Assembly: GCA_905178155.1 (NCBI GenBank)
Contig: CAJINV010000016.1
Location: 496,001 to 560,000, forward strand
Length of the DNA stretch: 64,000 bases
Direction: 5' to 3'
DNA from: Amoebophrya sp. A120
Taxonomy: Eukaryota > Protista > Dinoflagellata
Shown: positions 11,090-23,900 of the stretch, piece by piece
Layout: the number at the start of each line of letters is the position of its first letter
Numbering within the stretch: the first letter of the stretch is position 1
Program-made: the position numbers and the translations under genes
The notes under the pieces: model-generated
The model's input: the letters and a program-made list of their open reading frames with translations, nothing else
Database searches by the model: none
What the model was told of the DNA's origin: nothing

Positions 11090-13548
11090 TCATAATATAC
11101 TGACGGAAGCACCTTCTGTTCCAGGGGGTCCTGGCAATTCCTCACCCTCCTCGGGCCCCTGCTGGACAGAGTCTACTGCTGTGTCTGGTTGCTGCAGAAG
11201 GAACCCCTTGTAATTCTCGTTGAACGTCGGCAAAGAATTTTCATTCACATCCTGGACACCACTGCCAGACTGCGTGGCGCTAGAGCCACTTCCTGCTCCT
11301 GCTGCCTCACTTGGTACTACACCTTCCTCGTCGGATTCATCAATGTCCAGTGGATCGTACGTTTTTTCTGCTGGATTCTGCTGTGCGCTGGTGTCCATTC
11401 CATCTGGTCCAGCAGCAGCTGCACCTCCAAACCGCGCCGTTTGCTGTTGTTCATCTTCTGTGCTGTGCATCTTTGTTCCGACATCGTCGTCTAGTTGCAA
11501 GGCCGCCAAAGCGGGTCGCAAGGGGCTTGTCGGCTCCTCCTGGTCGGCATTCATTCTGCCTTGAACTTCTTGATCATCTTGCTCTGCTAAATTCAGCGTG
11601 GCCTCCGATATTGTCCTCTCCGAGGTTAAGGGAGTAGAGCTACCGACGCCGGCCGGTGGAAGTGCAGCTCCTCCCGCTGCCGTGTTTCTGGTTTTGCTGT
11701 CTAGCGACGCTCGTTCTTGTGTGGTTTCGTCCCCAGAAGATGAGTCGTTGTCGTTTTCTGCCGTGCTCTGCGGCGCACGAACAACTCTGGTCATTTGCAC
11801 AGGTCGAGGAGGATAGTTCGGCTCCACAAAGCCTTTAACGGGCGTCAATTGGTACACTTCTTCCTCCTGGTCTTGTGCACTATCGCCCTGGGCAACATTA
11901 TTTTCTGGTTGCACAGAAGACGTCGCAGACGACGCAGCAGCCGCACCTGGTGCGCGACCTTCTTCACCGGGAGTAGTTATCCCTTGCTGTTGTTGATGAT
12001 CCATCGGGGAATCTTCATACGCCACCCGATGCAACCGGGGCTTGATTGGCACCGGCTGGGTCGTCGAAGGACTTTCTGTGCCCTCGATAGAAGAAGTTCT
12101 CGCGGATAAAGCCGGGGGCACAACTACCCCTGGTGGCACAACTACCCCGGAACCAAAAATCGAGTTCAACTTCGGCTGTAGTTGCAAAGACCCGATCGCG
12201 TTGGGTGGCGGTAGACCTGGCGTCCCGGCTCCACTAGCTGCACCGGAGGCCAGAATCGCGTTCGGTTGTTGAAAGTTCCGGTTTGCTGCAAACATGGCCG
12301 CACCCCCGACGCCGAACTGATGCATCGGAAAATTCACCCCCATAGAAGAAGAAGAAGTACTGGGCGCCGAAGACATCTGCTGCAGTAGCGGGTTTTGAAA
12401 CGCATTGGGGTGGATCCCCTGGTGGGATTGCAACTGGGGGACAAAGAGCTGCGGCGGCTGCAGCGGAAAGGTGGTGGACGTTGGTGGTGCACGAGGAGTG
12501 ACAACTCCTGATAGTCTATCAAAAGGAAAAATCCCCCCTCCCCATACTGAAAAGGTATGCTTCTAAAAATTTGCCATGCTGATTTGTGACCACAAATCCT
12601 GTCTCCCTTGCAAGAGGGCAAACTCAGAGAGTCCGCGACGATATGCAGGCGATTTGTAATGCTGCAAGGCCTATAGGGCAGACGTCTGCCATGCTAGGGC
12701 CCTACACCAAGAGGCCCCCCCTTAGGCTTGCGATCTGCGTGCAGTCCTTTACTGCAAGACAAACGTGATCTGTGTACTCAAATACAGCAACACAAATTTC
12801 GTTTTCGATATGGGGAGGGGGGGTTTTTCCTTTTGATATAGTCCCGCTGTTGATCCTGTGGGCAGGTTGAAACCACCGAGCGGCAGCGGTGCCGTGGTCC
12901 GCTATCTTGAGTAAAAACGTACCCACACCAGAGTCAGGATGGGGATTTTGCAACACAAACCTAGGAGTTTTAGGAGTCACGCATGACAAGTTTCAGTCCG
13001 TAAGGTAGTGCAAGTTGGCAAGGAAAGCCGCATCACAAATCGACCTTCTGATCCTGTTTACAGCATTACAAGTTCCCAAACACGATTGAAAATGCCTGTC
13101 ATGGGGTTGCGCATCACAAATGTTCCTGTCCTGGCAAATCTGCATGACAACTCTGGGGTGGGGACGTTTTTACACAGGATATCCGCCGGGCCGACATCAT
13201 GGGCGTACCTTCACCAAGAGAGGCTGTGGACCCGGACCTCCGCGGTGCCAAAAAGCCACCGGTCGAACTACCAGTTCGGCTAGTGTCCGGCACGAACGCC
13301 TGGGGCGGCTGGTTTGGATAATTCCCGTTATTCAAGTTCTGGTTGATCATGTGTGGTGGGATGTTGGAAGACGCGAGAGCAAACACAAAGAAGTAGGGAG
13401 TCAATACAACTTCACTCGCCCCAGGAGAAAACAGCTGCAACATCAAGGTTGACGACGAGAGGAGTGCGAGCAGTGAGAGCCACGGCGCCATGGTTGGCTT
13501 CATCTGCTTGGCCCGGTGGCTGACGCGGCGGGGGCGGCCCTCGTCCAT
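11090..13548 (-). CDS. Hypothetical Gln/Pro/Ala/acidic low-complexity protein, multi-exon
   Basis: 447-aa terminal ORF plus upstream exons separated by introners at 12517-12838 and 12903-13181. ATG at 13548; the 5' exon structure is uncertain. Confidence 0.55.
12517..12838. mobile_element. TIR introner family B
   Basis: TSD tagtc. Confidence 0.9.
12903..13181. mobile_element. TIR introner family D
   Basis: TSD tccgc. Confidence 0.9.
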
Positions 13549-13902
13549 TTTCGATTTATATTAGAAGTGGTTGAAAACCAACCACGAAGATCCTGCGGGC
13601 GACTCGGCGACGCGTGAGGAGTCGCTTAATATTTCTATACCGAGGTTTCTTGTTGCACCTTCCGGACCTTGGTCCCCCGACTAAAGCCGTGAACAACGAC
13701 TACGACAGCAGCCACCTTTCACGTGATATCTAGTATAACAAGTCGGTCGTTCAATCTGAGCACTTCCACTTGCGCGACTAGGTTAAGTCATCATCATCAT
13801 CATCATCATATTTGTGCGTGTCCTGGATGTTTCTTCATCATCTCTCTTTATCTTATGAGTGGACGGGCACCCAGTACTGCTTTATTCGGAATGACCCGAA
13901 AG

Positions 13903-14292
13903 TCACTCCGCTTGCCAGGTGTTATCCTGGCTTTTGTAGAAGGCGATCCCGCAGACATATTTAATCTCCCTTCCTGTATTCTCACAAAAATCTTCGCTGT
14001 CCACGTCGAACTGCACCCGGTCGTTCTCTTCGAGGTGCCAGACCTCCCTTCTTTGGCCGGGTAAACGCACCCAGCTCTTGCCGCTGATCGTTTGAATTGA
14101 TTCTGCCCGCCCCCGTTCCGCTTCTTGCTGTTGCTCCACTATTCTTCTTCGCTGCTCTTCCCGCATTTTTTCGGTTTTTGCTGTTGCTGGCTTTTGTTTT
14201 TTCGCTCTGTCCAGTCTACCTGTGTCGACCTGTCGCTTCTTTCTCATCAGCTCCTTCACTGTTGCTGCGTCCGGTGGCTGCTGCGCCATCAT
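13903..14292 (-). CDS. Small basic/coiled-coil hypothetical protein
   Basis: ORF from ATG 14292 (MMAQQPPDAATVKELMRKKRQ...EEQRRRIVEQQQEAE...KYVCGIAFYK). Confidence 0.4.
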   Translation of the reverse strand: MMAQQPPDAATVKELMRKKRQVDTGRLDRAKKQKPATAKTEKMREEQRRRIVEQQQEAERGRAESIQTISGKSWVRLPGQRREVWHLEENDRVQFDVDSEDFCENTGREIKYVCGIAFYKSQDNTWQAE

Positions 14293-14299
14293 TGCAGCA

Positions 14300-14640
14300 T
14301 TTTTTTTTCGGGATTTTCGCGCCGCCGCCGGAGTGCCACGGCCCAAGGGTTACACGCCTACGGGGGCCGGCTTTTTATTTTAAATGATACCTGCTCCCCC
14401 GGTGGGGCTCGGGCCATAACTAGCGGCGGAAGGTAAATTTTGCCTGGCGCCTTTGTTTGGAGCTTGCGGCGGTTACTCCGCAGCCCTTGCTGTAGTGGTA
14501 TGTCGGTGGCGCTTTTCTTTTTTTTGGGGGGATTTTCGCGCCGCCGCCGGAGTGTCACGGTCCCAGGGCTACACGCGGAAGGGGGCCGGCTTTTTGGTTT
14601 TTTTAATACCTGCGCCCCCGGCGTCGCTCGGGCCGCAATA
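14300..14640. repeat. Diverged direct duplication of ~120 bp (period ~220 bp)
   Basis: gggattttcgcgccgccgccggagtg..cacg...gggggccggcttttt...atacctgc.cccccgg...gctcgggcc at about 14310 and 14530. Confidence 0.85.
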
Positions 14641-14875
14641 GAGAAAAACAAAAACAAAGGCAAGCGTCGTACTACTGTGTTATGGCTGAATAAAAATCAA
14701 TAGCCTGCTATTTTCAGATCTAGTTTCTCAGTGTGGGATTGAGACTTTTATATTTCGTCCGATCGAACTACTGCTGCGAGCACGCATTGCTCACGGACGG
14801 CTTCGGCTCGGGCGGGGCGTTGAAGGCATGCAAAAGTGGTTTTGGACGTAAGACCTACTCAGCTGCCTTCGGCCA

Positions 14876-16852
14876 TTAAAGTTGCGGCGCGTTTCCAGTT
14901 GTCGCAAGCATTTCTGCTAAGTCTTCGACAGCAAGTGCTTTTTTCTCCATTTCGGTCGCAAATGCGTCGATATTCTCCCGGAGCACCTTCGTTCGTGCTG
15001 CGACCGCCGCGACGGCTTCCGAGATCTTTGCGAAGCCGGCAGTCTGGGAAGATGTAGACGCGTCATCTGTCGCGTACTGTGCCGGCAAGACCCACTTCTG
15101 CGGGAAAGCCTTCGGCTCGCCGATGTACCCTTCGTAGTTCGCCCCGGCCTGCGAGGCGTCCACCCCGAGCCCGTGCGCCACCATCAGCTTGTCGCTCGCC
15201 AGTTGCTCCACCTGCAAGGGCATCAACACCGTGGGGACGCGCGCGCGGAGCGCCTCGGAGAGGCTGCTAATGCCTCCGTGCGACACGAAGATAAGGCGAT
15301 TCTCCCGCGCCGACCGCGCGCCGAGCAGTGCCTTTTGCGGAAAATACCCCTCATACAGTTTCACCGTGGCGCGGCCGGTAGTTCCATCTTCCGTCAGCGC
15401 AGCCAAAATTTCCGCCGGCGTTTGGACGTTTTCCCGCTCGGCCTGGCCCTCCGGATAGTTCACGCGCACCGCGACGACGTACTCCTCGCCGAGACTCAAC
15501 AGGTCCTTCAGCATCTCCTTGTAAGGGAGGCGGCGTTCTCCCTTGTTTCCACCCCCGACCAGCGGAACCCCAGCGAAAGTGCCGAAAGCCACGAGCACCA
15601 GCGTCTTCGGAGGTTTCGCCACCACTACTTGCCCCGCACCCGCCGCGGCGCCCGAGGTGGTGGGCCCGGCTCCTGCGCCGGCAAGTGCCAGCGCTTCGAG
15701 CTCCGCGACTTCGGGCGCCACGTCAGTTGCAGCTTCCGGTGCTCCGGCAGGCGGAGCACCGGTGTTCAGCCAGAACACCCGCTTCGCAAACGCCTGATCG
15801 TCCCCGGCGAAGAGCGAGTGCACCGGCTCGCCGGCTGTCCCTGTGACGAGTCTTTCGTACCCACCTTCCGCCAGCGCCACGTTGTCGCGCGGAAACCAGG
15901 GCAGCGCGGCGCAGATCCGATCGACCGGAAACCAGTCCGGGAAGGGGCGCGAAACCTCTTCCCCCTCGCTCGGGCCTCCGGGCAGACGGAGCAGGAGCCG
16001 GACGACGGCGGCGGCGTCCCCCCCTCCCGGGAGATAGGGACCAGTCGGCGCGACGAAATTTAACTTGTGCATGTCGGCGACGGCAGCTGCGTCGGCCGCT
16101 GCAGTCGAGCCCGTCCAGGAAAATACCGTCACCGCGAGAAACGGAGTGCCCACCCACGCAAACAGCTTGCCGCCCGCCGGGAAGACGCGGCGGTCCTCCA
16201 GAAACTCGGCTAGGAGACCAAGAAAAGCGGCCCCCGGGTAGAGGAAGTCCGACACGATATGGATGGGGCGTCGTTCCTCCTGGGGACTCTTTCGCAACGG
16301 CACGCCCCAGGCGGCGAGCAGCCGCTGCGCGATCCGGCGTCGCTCTTTTTCCTCTGGGACTCGGGCGCGGAAGGCGGAAAATAACTTCCACAGCACGCGC
16401 TGAAATTCCTCTATGACACCAGCGGCCATCTCTCCGAGAGACGTTGCGCCGTCCGCTGCACGCAAGGGGAAGCGGGCAAAAAGGGCGAAAAACTCCCCCA
16501 CCAATGTCCCGTCTGGCGACCCCGCCGGCAGACCGAGCCCGTTCAACGTGTCGATATTAGCGAAATTTTTCTGGGGGACCTCCGCTGTGTCGTTGTACCC
16601 ATAAAAGTTACGCAGCGCGTCCTTAACGGGAGCCAGCTGATTCAGCTCCGTGTGAAAAGTCTCCACAAAAACCAGCCTCGGGCGACATTCTTCGCGGATC
16701 ACCTGCGGATCTTCTGAATTAGCCGCCGAGCCGGCCCCCGCACGCAAAGTGACGCCGTGCACAAGGCCGGGCGCAAAGTACGCGGCCCCCAATACGGCCA
16801 GAGCCGAGAGCATGACCCCGCGAGGCGCCTTCTCTTTCGTGGTAGCCAACAT
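14876..16852 (-). CDS. UDP-glycosyltransferase (GT-B, family 1/UDPGT-like), intronless, with an N-terminal signal/TM segment
   Basis: C-terminal signature LVLVAFGT...YFPQKALL...IFVSHGGISSLSEALRARVPTVLMPLQVEQ...LMVAHGLGV, plus HIVSDFLYPGA. Candidate ATGs at 16852 or 16813 (MLSALAVLGAAYFAPGLVHG). Confidence 0.85.
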   Translation of the reverse strand: MLATTKEKAPRGVMLSALAVLGAAYFAPGLVHGVTLRAGAGSAANSEDPQVIREECRPRLVFVETFHTELNQLAPVKDALRNFYGYNDTAEVPQKNFANIDTLNGLGLPAGSPDGTLVGEFFALFARFPLRAADGATSLGEMAAGVIEEFQRVLWKLFSAFRARVPEEKERRRIAQRLLAAWGVPLRKSPQEERRPIHIVSDFLYPGAAFLGLLAEFLEDRRVFPAGGKLFAWVGTPFLAVTVFSWTGSTAAADAAAVADMHKLNFVAPTGPYLPGGGDAAAVVRLLLRLPGGPSEGEEVSRPFPDWFPVDRICAALPWFPRDNVALAEGGYERLVTGTAGEPVHSLFAGDDQAFAKRVFWLNTGAPPAGAPEAATDVAPEVAELEALALAGAGAGPTTSGAAAGAGQVVVAKPPKTLVLVAFGTFAGVPLVGGGNKGERRLPYKEMLKDLLSLGEEYVVAVRVNYPEGQAERENVQTPAEILAALTEDGTTGRATVKLYEGYFPQKALLGARSARENRLIFVSHGGISSLSEALRARVPTVLMPLQVEQLASDKLMVAHGLGVDASQAGANYEGYIGEPKAFPQKWVLPAQYATDDASTSSQTAGFAKISEAVAAVAARTKVLRENIDAFATEMEKKALAVEDLAEMLATTGNAPQL

Positions 16853-17937
16853 TCGATTTTTTTCCACTGGAACTGGAAAGGCAAATAGTGCTATCTTCGG
16901 TGGCTTCAACAGAGTTTCTTGCTGGGCCGACCCTCGCTGTGGTCGGCTAGTGGTCGTTGCTTGATGTTCGAGAGCAGCAGCTGCACAGCGTGTTTATTCA
17001 GGACTTCAGCGCCAGCGTTCGATTTTTTGCTATCGTTTGGTATTGGTTCGCTATTTCGTGACGCGACAATAATAAAAATTGAATTTGAAGAGTGAGAGCG
17101 GTTCTGGTTTCAATAAAAGTTAAGTTTTAATAGTTACAGGAGCGCCAGAGTTTTACAGAAAATCTGTGCGCGGCGGAGGGAGACGTCGATCGATCGTATA
17201 TCGTTTTACTTTTTTTCTTGTTTGTTCCTCAAGAAAAACAAGAAGGACAAGTTGTACTGCGCCTGTTTTTTTTGTAGCTGAAGATATGCACTACTAGCTA
17301 CTTCTTGGAAAAGGTCGCCGCTCCTAGGGGAGCAAGTTTAAATCGTTTTTGGTCTGCTTTGCCAGTACCACTACCAGAGGACCAACAATACTATCTTCCT
17401 GCGCGACGCCAGTGAGAGTTTTTAGTTTTTCGCAGTTATACACATCAGAGCAGAAACTACCGAACTTTTGGTCGTGCGTGCGTGGGCGACGAGAGGAGGC
17501 CCGAAACCGAGTCTCAGATGAATGTGAATGATGCATAAGAAAGAAAATTCTTGCAACCGAAGATATCACTATCATGAGGCTACAACTCGAACTTGATGTC
17601 GCAAACCGAACCTTGTGCGACAGACGACTTCAACCGAACCTTGTGTGTCATGTCGTAGACCGAACCTTGCAGACAACTTCAGGCTTGTTTGTTACGGCGA
17701 ACAGGCGCGCAATGAGCGACGACTTCTCGTGCTAGTAATTTATTCCACACATTTGGCGTTCTCCTTTCACATTTGCTATAAGTACCCAGACGAGCAGACC
17801 ATCGCGACGCCTCGGTCCGTTTTTCAGCAGTGGTCCTTGCGTCAGTAAGAGCAGTAGAGATGATCTTTGACTATTCAAGTCAGTCTCCTTCTATGCTGAT
17901 CCAAACAGAACTTCTCCCGTCGAAGATGAGTCACGGT

Positions 17938-20900
17938 TCAAAAGTCCGGCACCCGTTGCATGAAGCTCTTCCCGATGGACTTCAGTAGCCTCTGTGCGTA
18001 GTGCGCCGGGTCCAAGATGCTGGGTTGGTACCCGCTCTGCGGATAGTTGAAAACCACCTTCGCGTAGTGCTCCACCTGCTTGTATGGATTGCAAAAATGT
18101 CTGGGTCTGGAAGATTGTAACTTGTCATGCTAAATCCGAATCATGCAAAAATCTGTGTTGCCTGAGTGCCAAAAGCTGTCCACTTTCGACCACGTTGGGA
18201 CGGAGTTTCTCATGCAGGACAGGCATGACAGAGACCTTACAGACTCTGTCATGCTAGGTCCCGCATTCCAGACCTCAAGGAGCATGGAGAACCTGCATGA
18301 CAAGTTTACACTCTTCCAGACCCAGACATATTTGCAATGCATAGCTTGTCCAGGGTGTAGGGTCGGACGTAGTCAATCAACCCGATGCGAATTTGGTTTT
18401 GTTCCGTATTGGTCGGAAAAAAATCAACTTCCTGTCCGCCACCGTCACCGTCATCTTCCCGCTCCCCGACGTCCTCGCCCTCCGTTATGAGAAGTAAGAC
18501 CGAGTAGTCCATCAACTTCATCTTCAACAGAAAAAACGTGTCGTTCCAAATTGCGGTGCGCAGAAAATCCAAATCTTTATCAAGTGCAAAAATGTCTGGG
18601 TCTGGAAGATTGTAGACTTGTCATGCAGATTTTCCATGACCCATGAGGTCTGGAATGCGGGACTTAGCATGACAGACTCTGCGAGGTCTCTGCCATGCCT
18701 ATTCTGCATGAGAAACTCCCTTCCAACTTGATCAATAGTGGACAGCTTTTGGCATTCATGCAACACAGATTTTTGCATGCTTCAGATTTACCATGACAAG
18801 TCACAATCTTCCAGACCCAGACACTTTTGCAATCCATAATCTTCCTTCGATACGGATAAGGGCATGCCTTGGGCCCACTCCCGGAAATTCTGGTCCCACA
18901 GGGTACGCTTCGGAAAATCGATTCTACTCCTCGCAATAGCAGTCGAGGGTCGTGGTGGGGGTGGTCTAGAAGTGATTTCCGTTTCATTTTCTTGCAGGGG
19001 GGCTGATTTTCTTTCCTCTTCTACGGGCGGGGACATCTTCTTCAAGGTAGTTGTGGGAACTTCTTCTACTGCAGCTTGTGGGACATCAATTTTTACGGCA
19101 GTCCTGTTTAATAATATTCCTTTCTTCTCTTCTTCTGCATCTTCATGTTCATGCGCAACGGACGATAGCTGTGTCCCTGGCTGCGGAGTGGATGTTGGAC
19201 CATCTATTTCCTGGTCGTTAATATTTTCTTCATAACGCTGTTGTATATTCGCGTCGATTTTTCCAGCATCAAGCACTACATCTTCGGTTAGTAGAGCGTT
19301 GCTTGCACCCTCCTGGCCTGCTTCCGTGGTAACTACCCGAACTGTTGTTTCGGTTCCTCCGTCTGCGGTAGTAGTTGTGGTGTAGTTCTCGACGTTGGTT
19401 GTAGTACAATTCTCCTGCGCTGTAATACCTTGTGCCTCCTTGTCGAGGACCATCTCTGAAGCTTGTTGTGCTTGGTCATCCGCTGCAAGCAAACGCGGTC
19501 GCGTACCCGTTGTATAATTTCCCATAGCTGTTGTACGCATTTGTTCCTCAACAACTTGACTACTTTCCAATACAGGATGCAGTGAAACATGCTGCTCCGC
19601 CACTCTCGCCACCGCCTTCGGAGCATTAGGAGGTGGATCCACATAGGATTTCTCTACTTCACCAGCCGTACCAAAAGTTGCTGCTCTACTTGCAGGAGGG
19701 GTCGTAGTTGCACTATCTTCCTCCACTATTTCTTCCTCTTGTCTGCGATTTTTCCCGACACCTTTCAGATCAAACGCAAAGGCCTTGTAGTGCTGCACAC
19801 TGCCACGAACTTCTTCTTCTTTCCTCGCCAGAAGACGCGGCCGCGGAACGTCCTTGGTTGTACTATCCTTTGCAGCAGAGTTGATGTTCGTCCTCATGCT
19901 ACTACTCCTCGACATATTTGTTCCGCTTGTTCCGTACGGCAGGTGATCCGCATGATGATCCACCACGCTGTGCTTCAAATTTTTCAATACCATGAAACTC
20001 CGTCGGTTTCTCTTCGGGTAGGATTGGTACACGGAGAAAACGCCGTAGATAGGCGTGAGAATGGAGGGGAAGATGGTACTTCTATTCGTCGTTCTGGTTT
20101 TGTTCGACGGTAGAGCGGCGTCATCATTTATGCCGTTTTTTAAAATTTCTTCCTGTTCGAACAGCGTTTTTGAGTAGTACCACAACAGCGCGTCGTATCC
20201 AAGAAAAAAAGTGTGTACTCAATAAGTGCAAACATTCTTGGAGGAACAGCATCAGAAACGTGCTCTGCATGACAGAGAAAACCTCTCATGCGCAGCTAGT
20301 ACGTGCAAACACGTACAAAACAAACCTCTGATGCATGTCCAGCATGACAAGTGTGAGTGTCTTTCATTTTCTGCAACACAGATTTACATACACTTACACG
20401 GTTTTTTTCTTGCATACGTCGCCTTCCTTCTCAAACCACTTGATTTCCGGTTTGTTCATTTGTTTCAGCAGATATTTTTTGTTCGAAGTGATCAGAAATG
20501 ACGCGCCGGACTTCCCGCCCGTGACCTGAAACGGATCGCACTTGGACAGAGAAAACGCGAATTGCAGGTCCCCGTTGGTCAGAAAGTGCCGCAGGAGGTG
20601 GAACATGTGCGCGTGATAGAACAGCACCTCGAACGAGTGCTTCTTTTCATTCGTCTATGAGAGTGCACCAGTCGCAGTCCCCCTCTTCCTTACTTGTATA
20701 GCATGAAGAACAGCAATACAAACACAAGCACAGCCACAGATGGAGCATATGCATGACAAATGTGTGTACCCAATGTGGTACTATTTTGGACTTCATCCGG
20801 AATTTGTCACGCAAGCAGTGCCACAATGCAGCGACTGGATTAGGATTTCGCATGACAGACGAGGGGGACGAGAGGGAATTGTGCACTGTCATATCGTCCA

Positions 20901-23900
20901 CTCGATCTTGATAGAGGAGTCCGTTTGCTGAAAGAGTTGCGCAGCAGTAGAAGTACTCCCCGCGGCGGAGGCAGTCGCAACAGCCGCTAGGTTCATTTCC
21001 GCATTTTTGAGAGCAGCTGCTGCTCCTGTGCCACCAGCGGCTCCGGGAACAACAGCCATCAAAGTAGACGTCGCATTTGTGTTGCTCGTAGAAGAGGAGG
21101 AGGATTTGAGGGATTTTTTCTTCATCTCAGCCATGGCCTTTAGCGAATGCGCAAACGCGGTGTGGCAGTTGCGTGTAAAGGTTTTCGTGATGAAATTCAA
21201 ATTGTCTTCGAAGTCCTCTGCGTCCGACGTTCTTGCTGCACCAGAAGTGGATCTTGAGGATGTTTGTCCTGCCACGACCTCTTCTAACGTTTGTAACGCC
21301 GGAAAAATCTCCGCGGTGGTAGGGGTCAGCAACTCAGAATCTTTCGGTCGCGCCAGGACCCGTCGGATGCTGTGGCGTTGTTGTTGACCAGAACCCGGTC
21401 GTCCATCTTGTTGTGCAGGAATTCTGCCTGCTTTGTCCACTCGTTGGGCTGCGCGACCTTGTAGTTCTTCCGTGTAGTAATCCTCTGCGCCGACATCGTC
21501 GAGATCAATTTCTGCGCAGAGCACTACTTCCTCATTTTTGTCTTCTTCCTTATGCAAGAACGACCTTGTTGTCGACGAGAAGTTATTTAGGCAGCAGCGA
21601 AAGGTTGGGAAATGGACGGTCGTTTTCGCATAAGATTCTTCGCCGACACTTCTGAGAACTCCTGCCGGTGTCCGCCGTTCTTGCTCTGCAGTCGCAGCTT
21701 CGGCTACTCCGCCTGTGGTCGCTGTACTTCCTCCGCCTGGGAAATTAGTTTTCCCGTCTTTATGTTCCTTCGCCAAAGAATCATTCTGGGATGATGTTGA
21801 TGTTGTTGGTTCTTTTTTTGCTTTTGTAGAATTAGTAGTGCTCGTCATCCTCGTCTTCCGGGCGACATTCAAAAGGGGACACTGCCAGATAGACGACGAT
21901 GCAGTAGTCTTATTATTTCCCGTGCTGGTCGCAAGAAGTTCTTGTAACCTTTTACTGCCCGCCGGTGGATTGTACCCCCCATACACCCTTTTCACTTCCA
22001 TCTGCTCAAACAACTTTCGACTCAGCAACGCACTGGCCAAGATCGAGCCCCAATCCTCCTGCTCATACCTTTTGTTCAGGTCCTCCAGCATCTCTTCGGG
22101 CAGATCCTGTGCGAGCAATGTCAAGCCATTCACCTCAATTTCAATCGGGTCTTCCGGGAAACTCTGGCGCGAGAGCCGGATTATGTCATCTGTTTGCGCT
22201 TTACTTTGTTCGACAGCAGACGGACGCGGCGAGGTGGAGGTTAGAGTACTTTTGTTGGTTGCAGCTGGTTCTGCTGCTGCATCTTCTTGTTTCGAAGTTT
22301 TGATGTTATTGCCGACGTCTTGTGCTGCAATTGCAATTCCTTGTTTTTCTATTTGTTTTTCATCTTCAGTGTTGTCCAGGTTTACCTCCCCAATGTCCTC
22401 TTGTTGTTGTTCCGATTCTACGACTGTCATGGCGTCAATCGGCGGCTCTTTCGCAAGCGAGGCTGGGGTAGAAGAAGGAGTAGTCTGTTGCTGGTCCGAC
22501 GATTCTACTGGTGTTGCTTCAACAAAATCAACAACTTTTGGAACAGCAGCTACGCCGGGTACTAATATTACCTCGCCACTTTGCAGCTCATGCCCCTCCT
22601 CTACTTGCTCCTCGCCGGGCTGCACTGCAGTACCTTCTGTCGCAGCCGGGCTGCAGTACCTTCTGTCGCCGGGCTGCACTTCTGTCGCAGCCGGAGCTGT
22701 TCCTGCGGCTTTTTCCCCCTCCGCTGCAAGAGGAAGAGATGATCCAGATGAGTCTACTTGTTTCATGAGCGGTGTCTGCGCATCATCTGCTCCTTTCGCA
22801 GCTGTCGCACTATTGGCTGCCGTCGTGCCACTTGGAGCGACTGCAACAGCCCCAACTTCTGCCACGACTTCCGCTTGATCATGCTCTTGCTCCACCTTGA
22901 GCCCAGCAGATTCGCGAAAAGCTGAGGCATGATCTCGAACACGTTCAGCATCACCTCCCGAGGGCGTTGCTCTCGACGCTTTGGGTGCTGTGTAGTCCTT
23001 CACCAGAGAGCTGGGCAGCTTCCTACTTTCTACTTCGGCAACATCAAACAAGGGAAACAGCAAGTTCCGCTCCCGCACGATGGAATAGGTCTTGGCTTCA
23101 AAAAATTCGAAGGACACCAAAACTTTTTGCCTTGCGAAATGGAAGATGTGGTTTTTGAAGGTGGTGGAGTGAAGCTGTTGTTGTGTGGATGAAACAGTAT
23201 TTGCAGAACGAGGCCCCCCGCCTCCGGTGCAGCAGAGAAAAAAGAAGTTCACAAATTGCACAAACGGCAGTCTCGCCAGCGCCTGTGACAGGTAGTGCTT
23301 TTTCTCTTCTTCAACATCATTGGACTTCAACTTCTTTGTTTTCGTCGTCTCCGGCCCCCGCGCAGTTGTGGAGGACTTATTGTAGAAGTTTTTACTGCTT
23401 TTTGCGCTCTTCCAGTGGATAATTTCGGTCGTCGCAATCGGATGTTCGTCGGATGAAATAAAATTGTAGTCCGCCGCAGTGATCACGTTTTCGTTCGCCA
23501 GCTCCCGCGCGCTAATGCACACCCGCGCAGTCCCGTGCTGAATCACCAGTGTCTGTTTGAAGTTCGGCCGGAACCTCGACGGGTCCCCCCTGTTTTCCAA
23601 CAAGATCGCAGTCTGTGCCGAGGTACTACTACCCCCGGCAGCTATTTGCTGGTTCATTTTGGAGGAAACGGTTGGCTGGCCAGAAGCCGTTAACTGCTCC
23701 GCTGCAGTGGTACTATGGTCGACCTCAACAACAGAAGTCGTACCAGCGCCCGCTGTTCCTCCGAAATGCCCCTCGTTGCTCACCGCCACTAACAGTTGTT
23801 CCTCGGCTCTGTTTGAAGCCGAGGTACTAGAATTTGTGCCCTGCTCTAGCTGCGCAGTCAAGGGTCCGAAGGCTTCGAAAACTAACCACTCGCCAAGAGT

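Noticed and set aside
22615-22695. Short imperfect tandem duplication in a FAB1 exon
   Set aside because: In-frame slippage in a disordered region; unremarkable.
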